From NCBI GenBank assembly GCA_050273025.1, contig CP158636.1, positions 1,550,001-1,614,000 of the forward strand: a stretch of DNA of 64,000 nt, read 5' to 3'. The position numbers were made by a program, and so were the translations under genes. The notes beneath the pieces were generated by a model that worked only from the letters and a program-made list of their open reading frames with translations, did no database searches and was not told the DNA's origin. Origin of the DNA: Cenococcum geophilum (Eukaryota). Of this stretch, positions 1 to 13,801 are shown one piece after another (the stretch's first letter is position 1; each line of letters starts with the position of its first letter).

Positions 1-810
1 ATGGAATATAGGCCTATATATAGTGCTTTAGCCTTTCCAGATAGGGAAAGTACCCGAATAGGGCACATATATCTTTTAGGAGAGTTTTTTTCTCAAATAG
101 GCGGGAGAGTATTCGACAAAGAGTTCGGGTTTATATCTTAAGAGTAGCTCTAGAGGTTTAAGCCAGCTTTCGCTTATTAGCTGATAGAATAAGAGTGGCT
201 ATATTATTAAATTAAGTGGCCTAGTGGCGCTTTCCCGGAGCGTGCCCTAATACTATTATTATTTTAAAACGCCGCGGATTTAGAATATAGTCTATATATT
301 CCCTTAAAAATAAGTCTCCTTAGCGGCCTTATAATAAATGTTCTAGCTATAGCGTGTTTAGAGAACCAGCGCAATAAACACGCGACCTTATTACTGATAA
401 TATCGACACCTATAATACCAACACCTACGACACTAACATATACAATACCTGTGAAACCTATAACACCCAAAACACTTCCATTACCTCTTACGCCTAAAGC
501 ACCTTAATAGCTTCCTCTATATTATACAGAACCAGAAGTAAGTCCTAGCCCAATAACTCTTTTACTGTCGCAATCTCACCTCTAAAAGTGCGTAATCTAT
601 TAGGAAGAGCCTAAGGCTTATAATACCAGTTAGTTAGGAATGTTTATTAAATATCCTAGAGTAGAGTAAATAGATAGTCATCTTATATATAAGGCGTATA
701 TTCTTATAGAAGGGGAAAAGGAGTGGAAAATATAGTCGATATATCCTTACTACTTTAACGTAGAAAGTGGGATAGAGGTACACTCTGATAATATTATGTG
801 AAGATAGGGA
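1..810 (+). pseudogene. RIP-disrupted ORF relic, unknown protein with a Pro/Thr-rich segment
   Basis: Frame +1 reads as protein-like (MEYRPIYSALAFPDRESTRIGH...TPIIPTPTT...) with only TAA/TAG interruptions until a TGA near 810. Confidence 0.35.
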
Positions 811-2930
811 TACTGTGCAGCAAAGACAATCTATTATTTCGTTTAACTACTCCATAGTTCTTGCCTATAAATGCGCAACCCTAAACCTTTAGCGAAGGTA
901 GTCCTATTATATATCCCGTGCTAATACAAAGGTGCTATATTCTAGCTTTATTACTATAGGTGCCTACTAACACCCACCAATGATCCATATCTTCCCTGAT
1001 TTTCCCCAGAATTATATAAATAGCATAACCAGCCTATAAATAACTGCGGTGTCCAAAGGGGTGGTCCTATCCCAGTAGAACTAGCGGCTAGGTAGTAAAC
1101 CTTTAAAAGAGGGCGGAAGAACCTCGTAGGGTTTATATTATGCCCATGGATTATAGCGTATTAATACTTTATTTACTTAGGGAAGAATATAATAGATGCG
1201 GAGGTAATAACCTAGTAGGATGTATGATTCTGGAGGACTAGCTTCCACTATAAGCTACACTAGTATATAAGCAAATTTTCATTCTATAAAGCTACAAATT
1301 CTTACCCCGATCTTACGCAGTTCGTCATATTTAGTTTCTAAGTACAAATTGTCGCACTTATGCTATAAACTACCGTCAGCTTATTCCTTAATTGGCGTAA
1401 GTATCTACTAAGGGGCTTTCTTTATCTGTCTTTATTAGTTTTGGTTTCTTAATAGGTGGATAAAGTTACCTATATCTCCTCCTCTATTACCTCGTCAGAC
1501 TGACAATCTTCAATTTTAGTAAAGGTAGGGGAAGGGAGGTTAGGAGAGAGGAGAGGAGAAGGGAAGGGAATAGAAAGGAGAGTAGGAGAAGATAAAGCAG
1601 GAGAAGACACAGATTTCAATCTCTAATTAGGTTTAACGGTAACTATGCCGCAAGTAAATCTAAGAGAAGGCTTAGGGCTATTAAATCGGTCTTATAGAGG
1701 ACCTCTCTCTATACTAGCATTTGAAATTTTGTTTAAAAGTACAGCGGTAGGTATAGGAGAATGTAGGTAAAGAGGATAGTAGATAAGGAGGGATGCGGGC
1801 GAGGATTATAAGAACCCGTAAAAGGCGCCTATAAATCTATATAAGGCGCAAGCCCCAAATAGACGTGCATTTGGCACCGCATATTTTTATTAAAGGCTAT
1901 GCTAAATCCATTTTAATAACAGAAGTAGGCAAGGCTAAAACAATTATACCGTTATATCTTAATATATAAGCAATATATTGGGTATAGAAAAGCCGTTAGA
2001 AATGGTATATATAGATCTAGCAAGATATTAATAACTAAAGACACTAAAAGTCCTAATTAAGTGGCGTTAAGCTAAGTGTATACTAATCTCCTTATATTGA
2101 AATTGCCTCCGTCCTATCTCGCGCGTAATAAAATCCTTAGTATATACTATCTTTTAAGGAAGAGTAAGAAAGCTGCAAAGGGCTTATAAGAGCAGTTTGG
2201 CTATTATCTAACTTTTTATAGTAGGAGGGACGAGAGGGCAATGGACTAGCTGGGGTGGTAGAAGGTACTCGCGCTATAATTTGCTAGGGTCTTCTCTAGC
2301 TAATGCAGGCAATTTAAAACTTTAGCTAGTTAGTAATAAATTAGATATACTTTATAAGGAGAAGTTTACCGTTATAAAAGGGATATTATAATCCTTATAA
2401 GTAGCTGCTAGCGCCATACACGCTAGGATAGGGAGTACTATAATAGCGTTTATAAGGACTATTATAGTATACCTTCGGACAAGGTTATTACTCTCTATAG
2501 TAAACGAATGGAGCAATTATTAGCGGTAGGAGCTATAACCGTATATGAAACCGCTTTCACTTCTAGTGCGGCTTTTAAGGAGAATTAAATATATGTAGGC
2601 AATAAAGATCTCTTTAAGGCTAACGAGGCCAACTTTTAATATAAACCAAAAGTGGGAACTCTCTAAGAGGGGTATATAGCCTGCTTTGGCAACTAAACTA
2701 TAGATATAGGTTAGAGGGAAAGGTTAGGAGAGTATATAGGAAGAACCTATAGTCTAAAGAGTACTATTCTTAATAAGAACACTACTGCCCCAATTCCCGT
2801 AAAAATTGGCTTGCCAATATTAGCTTTAAAAAGAACTTTGTTTAGCGACGTATACTATATTCGTTAGCTTTGCCCCTCTTTAAATTTACTTTATAAATTA
2901 CTTTAGCGATTAGAGGAATAGTTGCAAACC
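800..2930 (-). pseudogene. RIP-disrupted gene relic, unknown protein with Ser/Pro-rich region
   Basis: Minus-strand protein-like reading (SSPALSSPTLLSIPFPSPLLSP near 1520-1620) and a probable intron at about 2318-2370. Confidence 0.3.
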
Positions 2931-3429
2931 CATATAAAATAATAAGCGGTAATCTTGCGTCAGCTATAATAGGATATTAGTTCTGTTTCTGGCCTAAAAA
3001 TTAACTATAGTTTGACATACAGCGTATATAATCCCGAAATGTATTAATAATAACTAAAACAATAGTAGAAATAAATTGGGGTAATAAGAGGAGGGCAGCT
3101 AGCATTAAAGCTTGTTGTATTACTTTCTGTTTTCTATTACAAAAATAAAGATAGAAGTAGAAACTTGGGCAGATAAATATACAAGCAATTAAGATATACT
3201 AAAGGAGAGTTATTAATTTCATTGTAATAGCGGCGAAGAGTATCTATATAAACGAATGAGGGCCGCGATATATATACATACGCACGCGGCCAGCATACTT
3301 TTAGGATACGGTTTTGCTTCATTTTACTCCGTTGCTTAGCGCTTAAAGTAGATATAGTTGGCTTCGGATAGTGTTTAATCGGTCCCCTGTGACAAACCTT
3401 AGTGGCCTAGCTAGAGAGTATTGCATTTT

Positions 3430-3630
3430 TAGACGTCTTGTTTTTGGCCCAGATGCTCATACTCTAGAATTCTTATAGTAGAGCTCGAGCTTTAGATCAC
3501 TTTTAGTGCCAGAGCCCGTACTTTAGGATCACTTTCTATCTAGGCGCCCGTGCTTTATAGGGTTACTTTTTGTCTAGGCGCCCGTACTTTATAGCGTCTT
3601 GTTTTTGGTCCTAGTGCCCGTACACGCAGA
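3430..3630. repeat. Degenerate ~30-bp tandem repeats (TCACTTTTTGTCTAGGCGCCCGTGCTTTA-like)
   Basis: Recurring gcccgt(a/g)cttta, tcactttt and gtcttgtttttgg(c/t)cc units. Confidence 0.6.
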
Positions 3631-4709
3631 CCTATTAATTGTAGTCGTTATACCTTGTAAGACTTAGCGGCTAGACTAGGCTTTTAGGCGTTACGCCTTT
3701 AGTCCTAAAGCCTATACTTTAGACCTTCAAATTTTGGTCTTATTTTGTTATAGGGCTTAATAATTAGGATCAAATAAGGAACTACCTCTACTTTGTCTCT
3801 AACTTTGTATATTAGCTATTAGCATCTAAATCTCCACATTTTCTATATAAAAGGTAGTATTGCGATTTACGATTTATCGGAGCAAGCGGGTGACGGCTTT
3901 TACCCACATATAGGATATATTTTAATTATTCGGTGATATATAAAAGCCCTAGTAAACCATTAGTCTTAATTAGTTAGTCTTCTTAACCTAGGCCTAGCTA
4001 TAACACTTATTATCTATACTAATCCTCCCTTTAGGTATACTGCTTTAACTAGATAGAACCTATATAAAGTCTTAATAGACCGCTAGAGCTAGGTAGTAAG
4101 CTCTAGCACAGATAAAGGCTAAGAAAGTGAATTATAGCATTGTGCTAGGAAGGATGGAAGTGGGGCGTAATGCGCCCTATATAGGCTAATTTGTATATTA
4201 TAAGGCAAACTTGCACCCAAATCCCCTACCTAAGAGTAAGCACCCTTCTATCGTTTTAAACACCAGACTCCTCTCTTATTAACTTTAGGAATTCTCCTAT
4301 TATCCTTTAGCTAATGCTAATAGAATATCTAATCCATTTCCAACTAAGCGTGTAATAAGACGACCTAGCTAGTAGGCAGGTAAAAATGCCAAAAGCGTTA
4401 CTTAGGCTCCCTGCGGCGATTGTTACCAAACTAGTATATAATTTATTAGAGCTAAAAGTGCAAGCTAATAATAACTTTAGTAGGAACAAATTCACTTAAG
4501 CTTAATGACGGTAATAATAGTTCGTCTCTTTTAGAAGTACTAACGGTTATGTGCTAAGATATTAGGCACCAACGTTGTCTAGAGCACTTCTTGGCATTAG
4601 TGGCAGAATAATATCCTACACTGCCCCGCGCTAACATTTTTTGTATTATTTAGAGATAAGTTCTTATTAAGTTAAAATTCTCAAAAAAGATACAGAAAAA
4701 CCCGATACC

Positions 4710-6873
4710 TTAGATCTTTCTTAGCCTTCTATACAAGCTCTTATCCGCTAAACTCTTAAAGATAATAGCTGGTTAGTGTTAAAAAATGTTACGGGCTTAA
4801 GGCCGGAAATATTAAGGTAGCAGGTTAAGTAGAACCCGGTTTAGCTTCCTTTATAAATATTAGTCATAATATAAGCTAATACCTACTAGCATATTTAAAG
4901 TATCCTAAGCACCCTAAGCCTGCCTTGCGATGGTAAATTTGTAAGCTCCTATTACAATAATAGAGAGTTCCCTAAGGATTCTAGTTTAATAGTTAGGCGG
5001 TCAGAGGACTAAAAGGAACTTACTAGCAAGACAGAGGTTATTAAAATTATTTATTATTATCTTAGGGGAGACTTAACTCAAAAATGGTATATACTTTATA
5101 ATATAAGTCTTTAGGGTAAGACGATAAATAATATAGTAAGGATTAAGGCTTACGGGGGAGATACTATTCTTTATAATAGGTGGGTCAGAAAGTTAACTCT
5201 AAACCCCGTTGGTAGGGCAGGAAGGGCTATAGTTGTTCACTATGTTTAGAAGCGCTCTTAAATTCGCCATAAATCCCAACTTGTTTAATTGCTTAGAAAA
5301 ATCAAAGTGCCATTAAACAAAACTCTATGCTTAAAACACCGCCTGCCATATTAATGTAGTCTATATATTAAGCTAAAACACTATATCCAGCAGCCCATTA
5401 GAAAAATTATTACTACTTTTCCCTACCACTTAAGAAGCAGCTCCCTTAATTGATGCTTGGGTTACTACAACCGCCTAGGTTAAAATCGAAACTAATAGCA
5501 TTACCTGTAAAAGCGCTATTAGAACTTATAGGGACACTAAAACCAAGCTTACTAAGGTTCCCTATTGCCATTCCGTAAAAGTCTATACTTAACTCAAAAT
5601 CAGCCGCGTTGTGTATAAAAGCGCTATTAGAGCCTGCCGGGGCACCGAAACTAAGCTCGTTAAAGTTCCTTATTACTATTCCATAAGGGTCTATATTAAA
5701 CTTAACATCAGCCACATTATATATAAAAGCGCTATTAGGACCCACAGGGGCACTAAAACCGAGCTCGCTAAGGTTCCTTGTTGCCATTCCGTAAGGGTCT
5801 ATGTTAAACTCAATATTAGCTATATTATATATAAAAGCGCTATTAAAATCCGCCGGGGTATCGAAACTGAGCTTATTAAGGTTCCCTATTGCCATTCCGT
5901 AAGGGTCTATATTAAACTTAATATTAGCTACGTTGTGTATAAAAGCATAGTTAAAACCCGCTAGGGCATTGAAACTAAGCTTGCCGAGGTTCCTTGCTGC
6001 CATTCTATAAGGATCTAAGTTAAACTTAAAACCGGTGGTGGTGGAACCTAGGGGGGGCTTATTCTAAGGGGTGGCTATAGCATTCTAAGAATAGTATGAC
6101 CTAGGAGACTCTTCGGCTACGCTCCTTATCAGGGCTTCCGCGTTGGAAACTGATCTTAGAGTCTCAAAAAATAATACTAATATTGGTATAAGCGGATTAA
6201 ATAAAGCTTTTATAAGGTACTTACCCAGAATAACTCTTATAAATAGTCTGTAAACTTCAATCTAGCACGTAGACATTTTGGGGTAGGACTGTTCGTTATA
6301 AACCTAAAGACTATTAATGCTACGGAGATCAATGTTATATTCCATACAAAAGGTATGAGCAATAGCCTTAGCCTAAATCCTATAGCCTAGGCCAGACGTG
6401 TCTTAAATATGCCTGCGTAATCTTTTCTTAGATCTATATTTTCTGCTATAGTTAATAACTGGACAAACCTCGCCTTTGCCCCTTTACTTTATAACCCTAG
6501 CTTTACCTATATTATTAAATAAAGCACTAACTAGGCCCTCCAAACGTATAATGCCGATACTTAATAATTTGATATACTTCGGAACATACTCTAGCTTATT
6601 AGAGTTAAACAGCATTGCTTTAGTAAACGGCACTCCAATACTCTTCTTAAGGTTGCTAAGCCGCTCTTTAAGAGCCTTAAATGCACGCTATATACGGGGA
6701 AATTGGGAACATCTATAACTGGGTAATGTTAATGTTTAGGAGAGGAAACTACTCTTCGGTAGTAGGGGGAATAATTTAGCGACTAAGCTGTTTGAGGAGG
6801 AGGGTAGAAGATTCCCTTATGCTTATCAGTTTAAGATAGCACTTAGATAGGGTTACTTACCGTATATTGCCAT
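4710..6873 (-). pseudogene. Multi-exon double C2H2 zinc-finger protein with 36-aa repeats (RIPed; 3' end uncertain)
   Basis: ATG at 6873, introns with GTAAGT donors at about 6860 and 6224. 6280-6465 reads CPVIN[Y>C]SRKYRSKKRLRRHI...CME[Y>C]NIDLRSINSL*V[Y>H]NEQS[Y>H]P, followed by the repeat exon 5446-6003. Confidence 0.7.
5505..6003 (-). repeat. 108-bp coding tandem repeat, about 4.6 copies (36-aa unit)
   Basis: AAAAGCGCTATT-like anchor recurs at about 5509, 5617, 5725, 5833 and 5941. Unit resembles MAIGNLNKLSFDTPADFNSAFIYNIANIEFNIDPYG. Confidence 0.95.
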
Positions 6874-9240
6874 TTTGGAGTTCGGATAGGAGGTAATGAA
6901 TGGATTAAGGGCCGTGGAACCATTGCGTATCTGCATTGCTTAGTTAGTGATCGGACCAAGCCTTTCTTCCCCGGCTTAGCGATCTCTTAATGGAATATCA
7001 TAGCTACGGCCTAGAAGGACCAAAAGCCTATAATGATAACTTTAGGCTATGTCTGCTAAAAAGCATTTAAAGTAAATAGCAATGGTAGATAGAGCTAAGA
7101 AGTCTATAAAAAAATAATATATATAAGCGTGGGTAGGGTGCCGTTCGGATTTCTATTATAATTTACTAGGATAAATATTTACAAGTTAACGATCTAGCAG
7201 AAACTAACGCTTTTATTAAAATTTAGGCGACATTAAGTTTATAAGCTTATTAAGGCAATTAAAACGCCGTTAAAATTATACAAGATTTTGGCCTAAGTTG
7301 GCTGGATTTTATTACGGCACTAATAGAAAACGGCAATCTGCGGGGGATGGTAGAAAGTAGCAGATATATAACTATAGCACGTAATTAGAGGACATATAAA
7401 GCCCGACATTAAGCGGCATAATTATTCTTTTCCTTTCTTTTCCTTTCTCTAGCTTTGCATCCTTATTAATAAACAATTTAATTGCATAGGCTTACATACA
7501 TCCTACTACCGTGCTCGTGCCTTAATTGGCTAAGTTTATAACATATTTTAGGAAAATATAGAATAAAATAACCCACAAAAATTAAATAAATTAGGCGAGG
7601 TTAAAGTTTGTTATTAGGTTTGTCTAAATTACTCTAATTTTTTACAATATTTACAAATATATTTTAACTTCTAATATAACTACTATAAGGTACAAGATTA
7701 TCTGCAAACTTATAAAGAATGCTTAGTATATAGAAATAATAGCATCTAAGCTATTTTTAAGGCTGCTAAAATAACCCAAGAGAACTTCGAACGGGAAATT
7801 CAACATCAATGCGAGTTTTATAAGGCTTATTAGTATATCCGTCCTATTAATATCCTAGTATATATTTAGATTTAAGGACGCTTATATATATTATAAGATA
7901 TGGCTCTTTATATATAGTTATTTGCACAAAACCAGCAGCCTCTATACAATTTGCTTATATCCTATCTTTACGGCAAACGACAGCATATAAGAAAATCGCC
8001 TTCCACCTAGCGGCATCTAGCTACCATAACCAACAGCCCTTAAGTAGTTTTACCTCCATTATGTTTATATGGGCCACTAATTTTTAACTATTACCCTTTA
8101 TTTTACTTAATCCTGCTAGCAAGTATAAACGTTCTTAGGCAGCCTTAAAACTAACATAAATCACACTCTTATATTAGATAGCAGCGAGGAGTATAATAAG
8201 CTGTATATAGATGCATATTAGTAATGCAACTATAGTAGCGGTATAGTAAACTAGAGGGGATCTGGGAGGGAGACGTACTAATAATATACAGCCTATTAAG
8301 GCAACTACCTCTAATAAGTTTACCTCACTAGCTATAGGTACCGGGAATATTATACCTAAGCTAGTTTAGATAGTTATACGCGTGTTATTAGGCATTTAGC
8401 TAGTGACCTATATCTCCTATTTAGATGTTATTTTAATTCGCTAGAACGTAATCTATTTCCTATAGGAATTCGGAATTTTAGGCGTAGCTATGGCCCGGCG
8501 GTTTAGGCCGCTAGACTTATAGTTAGCCGCCTACTTTGTCTATTATAGCTAAAATATCCTAATAGTTATAACTCTGACCTAAAGTCTTACAGAAGCTGTA
8601 TGGAAATTCCCTATTATATCTCGTTTTAGCTTTCCGGTAAGTAGTATAGGCTGATCAACATTGTAAGGTTTTAGTGATATTAACGGAAGTTTCTTAATTA
8701 TTTAAGGTATTGTAAGCGGCCCTAGTAACGCTTATAGAGGTAGAAACTCCATTACGGTTTAAGGCGGCCAGTAAAATAGATTTCTAGCAAATATCCGTTA
8801 CTAAACTTAGGGTTGCTATAGGCGAAATTATAGATTAAAAAAACGCTGCCGGAATACAGGAAAGTTAGCCTTATTGAAATGTTCTTAGTGGCTTTAGAAT
8901 ATTAAGGCTTCGCTAATATACCTTCCGCTTACCTTAAGAAACTACACTTATAGCCTACTATCCTATAATTTATCTAGCTTTATAAGGAAATGTTTTATTC
9001 TACTAGCCGGTTAATATATCTCTCTAGCTTAGTTAGCTGTACCTTAGTGTCGCGCCCGGCGCTAAGCTGGGGAAATTATTTTATCTCTAAATCTGGACTC
9101 TGAAATCCCGGGTTAGATAATAGGTTAGGCCGATTAAGGGCTGTAGGAATATATAAGGCTAGCGAGCCTAGGAGAAAGGGTAAAAATAAAAACCTTAAAA
9201 AGCCTTATAGTCCCTATATAATTATAAGGGAATTATAAAG

Positions 9241-9318
9241 AGGGCTAGGGAGGGCTAGGGAGGGCTAGGGAGGGCTAGGGAGGGCTAGGGAGGACTAGGG
9301 AGGGCTAGGGAGGGCTAA
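9241..9318 (+). repeat. (AGGGCTAGGG)n 10-bp minisatellite, about 8 copies, G-quadruplex-compatible
   Basis: Directly visible tandem array. Confidence 0.95.
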
Positions 9319-9406
9319 AGTGCTAAGAAGTGCTATATTAAGGAAACTTAAACTTTAAGTCCTACTTATAATCTATAATAGACTATCCTTTAACTATTAT
9401 ATTAGT

Positions 9407-10803
9407 ATAGGAAATTTAAAGACGGTAGCCTTAATATTTTATTATATAGATTGTTATATAGTACCTAGAGGCTAACTTAGATAGGCCTAAGACTGCACTA
9501 AAGAGGATTAACGTCGTTAACGGAAAGCTTATATTACGGCCTTAGAAAAACAAGCTAGTACCTTATAGGTAAATAAAGCTCTTATACAGCTTTTAGTAGA
9601 GAAGAATAGGCGACTAGTCGCCTTATTAGTAGCTAATAGCATCTCTAAGTATAATATAAAAGGATATAAGTTATAAAGTTTGTATTATTATAACGGAGAG
9701 TTGCTAATATTAAAGCTAGAGATTAAAGGCGCCGCCCTATAGCCTATATCTGGCACTAACGTAGACACCAATTTAGAAGATGCCGCTAAGCTGTAAAGGC
9801 TTAGTAATACTGCGTCTAGAGCTATTAGGACTAGGAAATGGTTAAGGGCTAGGCAGGCTTGTAACTATTACTAACGCCGAAAGACAAGGTGTAACTTTAG
9901 TGAAAATAGAGCACTATGTACTAACTGCGTAATATATAAGTTGGATTATACCGTCACCGCCTACCGCAGGAGGAAACCCGTTATTCGCAGTGAAGATACT
10001 AGAGTTGGCGAAGTTCCCGTAAACTAGAGTAAAGCTTTAGACGATTTTATAGAAGGTATAGAGATTATAGTTAGGGTTAGTTAAGAACAGCTTAAGACTA
10101 ATCTAGCTTAGTAGGCTTAGAAGGAACCCTTATAAATAGCGCTTCTGGGGAGGAATATAACACTAATTACTACGTTAGCCTAGAATTAAATAAGATAGGA
10201 ATTATAAAACGGAGGGGAGAAGAACGTTCTATAAGGTCAGTACTTACACTATATATTAGGAAGAGCGTTACTTATAAGAACTCTATAGCTACTAAAAATC
10301 CCTAATACAGACATTTTACCGCGAAAGCACTTCTCCAGCTCTTAAAATGTCTAAAGGCAAGGACCTACTAGGGCTCTACAGAATAAATCCCGCCTTAAAT
10401 ACTAATAACTATAAAATGCATTAAATATACGGCTCTGCTGTTTAAGGTAGCGTTACTAGTAGACTTTTAGTATATCCTTTCTATTATTAATACGGGTCGT
10501 AGATTATATAGCCTCCTATCCTCTAGATATTAACGCGCAACTATATCCTACTTTAAATTCTTTAGACTTTCTTAGGAACGCTCCCTATAGCGGCTAAGGA
10601 TAAGGGTTCTTAAAAGGGTTTTTATAGGAGTTAGCGAATATCTAAGCTTGCGAATAATTTTTTAGATAATGACTCTTAATACCTCCCTTCGCTTCCTTTT
10701 TCTTAGTGTGGCCCTTATAGATTTAAAGAGATCTAATAATCCCTTTAACTTCGTATTATGCTATACTCCCCTACCTTAGGCTAGAATAATAGTAGAAAAT
10801 AAA
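9407..10803 (+). pseudogene. Transcription factor relic: bZIP-like region plus Zn(II)2Cys6 cluster in one frame
   Basis: After an intron at 9425-9484: KED*RR*RKAYITALEKQASTL*VNKALIQLLVEKNRRLVALLVANSIS. Same frame at about 9845-9975: RARQACNY[Y>C]*RRKTRCNFSENRALCTNCVIYKLD[Y>C]TVTAYRRRKP. Confidence 0.8.
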
Positions 10804-11109
10804 GTAAATAAAAACTGACTTATCCTAGCTAGTAAGGCGAAAGAATAACTAGGGTTTTGATTTGCTTACTTTAATTTCTATATTAAGAGTTATTGTATTA
10901 ACCCCTTAGTTCTCCTAACGTGTTTATTTATACTTAATATTTGGTTTCTACTCTACGCTAATATTACCGCTACTTCTTCTACGCTATACTAGATGTTTAG
11001 AGGTAAAAGGAACACTATTAAGGCTAATATAATAACTATAAGTATAAGATTAACCTAGTCTTAGTTGCATCTGCTTATAGTTTTAGTTTAGTGACTTTAG
11101 GACTAAAAT

Positions 11110-11973
11110 ATGCCTACTATTAATTATCGCAATATAAGCGCAGCTTAAAAACATTATAGGTCGATCTTTAAATATTAGGGCAATAAATAGACTAGGAAGC
11201 GTTATTATACTAAAAAGGTTATACGGGCTAAGGATTTTATTCCCTTCTTTATATAGGAATTATAGAACCTCTAGAAACGGGTATCACTTCTAAAAAAGGG
11301 AAAATCTAGTAAAAGCGCCACTAAGGAGCCTAAGAAGCTTAAGGAGCTTAAGGAGCTTAGGGAGCTTAGAGAGCCTAGGGAGTCTGGAAAACTTAGGAGC
11401 GTTAAACTCCTATATCCGCTCTATACTGAGGATTTCACTTAAGTGGATAATCTCGCAAGATACCTTAAGAATAAGCATTAATTTAAATATAATAATTACT
11501 GCAAACTTTGCAATAGGCAATTTGGAGCGTTAGCAGCATTTACCTATTACTTAAAGGGCCATTTTCCCGGGTTAGTTTGGGAGAATATTATTAACTAAGG
11601 GTCCTATAGGTCTGGACTAGGGCTGCCTAAGCAATTGCCCTCGCAGCTATATAAAGACATTAATGCGACACCTCTTCTACAGCCTTTTAGCGACACGTTA
11701 GACGAAGCACCTTTAAATTCTCTTGCTAAGTAAATAACGCAGTGTTTTTTATACGATGTTTTGGACATATTTAATACGGCACCCTTTAATATATTTAGTG
11801 CGGCGCCCTTTAATCCTCCTAGGGCTTTTAATATATTTAGTGCGGCACCCTCTAATCCTCCGGTAGAGATAATATACTAGCCGCTCTTAGGAGATTAAGC
11901 TGCGAATAATACGATACCCGCCGGACTTACTTTAAGTAGTAATAATAAAGAGGCATTTATTAAGGACATTATA
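11110..11973 (+). pseudogene. Double C2H2 zinc-finger protein relic
   Basis: ATG at 11110. 11413-11562 reads [Y>C]PL[Y>C]TEDFT*VDNLAR[Y>H]LKNKH...CKLCNRQFGALAAFTY[Y>H]LKGH. GTAAGT donor at about 11974. Confidence 0.8.
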
Positions 11974-12755
11974 GTAAGTTAATTAAAGTTCTCTCCCCTA
12001 TAATACTATAACTAACCAAAAGATGCTATAGCGTAGATTATTACGCAATTTAGCCTTAGATCTAAGTATTATTAACTAGTTTCTAATATTATCCAGCAGC
12101 GCTAAAGCGAGTAAATAACATATTCTTTTAAGTTAATTCCTACTCCCTAACTACGGATCAGCACTATTATTTTCAAACGAACGTATAGCGTTAAGGTGCC
12201 GGGTTATACTATATACTAGTAGATTTATATAAATAGAAATTTTGCTATATAAGGGTATTCTGTTTAGATTCTGGCTAACTGCACTATAATAGTCTTAAAT
12301 TAATTTACTTTACACGCTACTATAATAGAGCTTCCCGTTTCTAAATTATATAATTGCTACTATAAGAATAGTTGTTTCCGGCTAGCTCTTCAATTTTATC
12401 GCCTACTTAGTAGTTAATCTTTCCGCGCCTAAAAAACCCTTTACCTAAGTATAAAACTATAACAGCATACACATTAGGAATTGGTTGCTTCTTAAGGTAA
12501 AGTTCTAAGCGTAATAACCAGTAATAATAAATAAAGCTTAATATTATCAGTAAATGCGACTCTATAAGGTTTCATATCACACATATATCGCCCCTATTTG
12601 CTCTCACTTTTACTATTTATCTACTATCTACTCTATAAGGAGACCCATTAATCTAAACTATCCATAAAACATCCCGATCTCCACCAAAATAAAAACACTA
12701 AGCCCCTACAAGTTCTTTAATTAATACTATCTTTTACCATTCTAGATCTCGGCCT

Positions 12756-13590
12756 ATGCGTTCACTACAACTAGATCGGACGGGAAAGCAAGCTATAATG
12801 AAAAATTCGTCATTTTAAGCCAAGAAAAGTATCGTTTGGACAGCCTAGATAATATTAGTCCTCCTCTAAAAGTCTCCAGAATATACTTACTTTATTTAAA
12901 ATAATATCTCTTTTAATATAGTCTAAGGAGGCTAGGTATTCCGGCGAAGCAGGCTTAATACTTATAGCTCCCTTAAGGACGAGATACCTATCCTTATAAA
13001 GAGCTTATAAAGCCTTATTAAGATTCATTTTTAAAAAGAGCTTTTACCCGCTACGCTTAACAACCTCAATATCTATATACTTATTAGTTGGCCATATAGC
13101 CCTTACTTAGAGGTTATAGTTATTTTGTTACTTTAAAATTCGAGCTATATAGGGTAGGTTTGGTAGGGTATAATTATTAACTAGATTCGCTAGTACGTAA
13201 TACCTAGTAAGATAGATAAATATAATACGCTAAGTCCTATAACGAACTATTAAATTATAACAATATCTAATTTAATAATTGGCCCTTAAAGCATGTAAGC
13301 TTATATTCCCTAAGTCTCCTTAATAATATATACCAGATCTTTTAAAGCGGATAAGCCTTATAGCTAACCTCTGTTAGATAAGTTTAAGGCTATAATATAA
13401 GGCTCTAGTAGTAAAGTCTAGGTAAGTGCTATAAATATAAAAAATAGAAATAACTTTTAGTACTAAGAGGAGAATTATAAACTGGAGGCTTTATTAGACT
13501 TAGAGTAACTAAGTATAGGTTAGGTAGTAAGGCTTAGAGGGAGAGAATAGGTAGGTTTAATTCCTTAGAAAATAACTTAGATTAAATAGC
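12756..13590 (+). pseudogene. RIP-disrupted ORF relic, unknown protein
   Basis: ATG at 12756 opens a frame of about 275 codons interrupted only by TAA/TAG. Confidence 0.4.
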
Positions 13591-13640
13591 AATGCCTACC
13601 CTCTAATAAAGAATTATATAGAGGTTCTATAAAGCGGCTA

Positions 13641-13801
13641 GGAGGGCTAAGGAGGGCTAGGAAGGGCTAGGGAGGGCTAGGGAGGGCTAGGGAGGGCTAG
13701 GGAGGGCTAGGGAGGGCTAGGGAGGGCTAGGGAGGGCTAGGAAGGGCTAGGGAGGGCTAAGGAGGGCTAAGGAGGGCTAGGGAGGACTAGGGAGGGCTAG
13801 G
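13641..13801 (+). repeat. (GGAGGGCTAG)n 10-bp minisatellite, 16 copies
   Basis: Directly visible. Same unit as 9241-9318; variant copies differ by G>A. Confidence 0.95.

Noticed and set aside
5505..6003. CRISPR-like array
   Set aside because: Whole 108-bp units are homologous with no unique spacers, the repeat is in-frame coding, and the context is eukaryotic.
9241..13801. G-rich arrays as telomeric repeats
   Set aside because: The unit is 10 bp (GGAGGGCTAG), not TTAGGG, and both arrays are internal.
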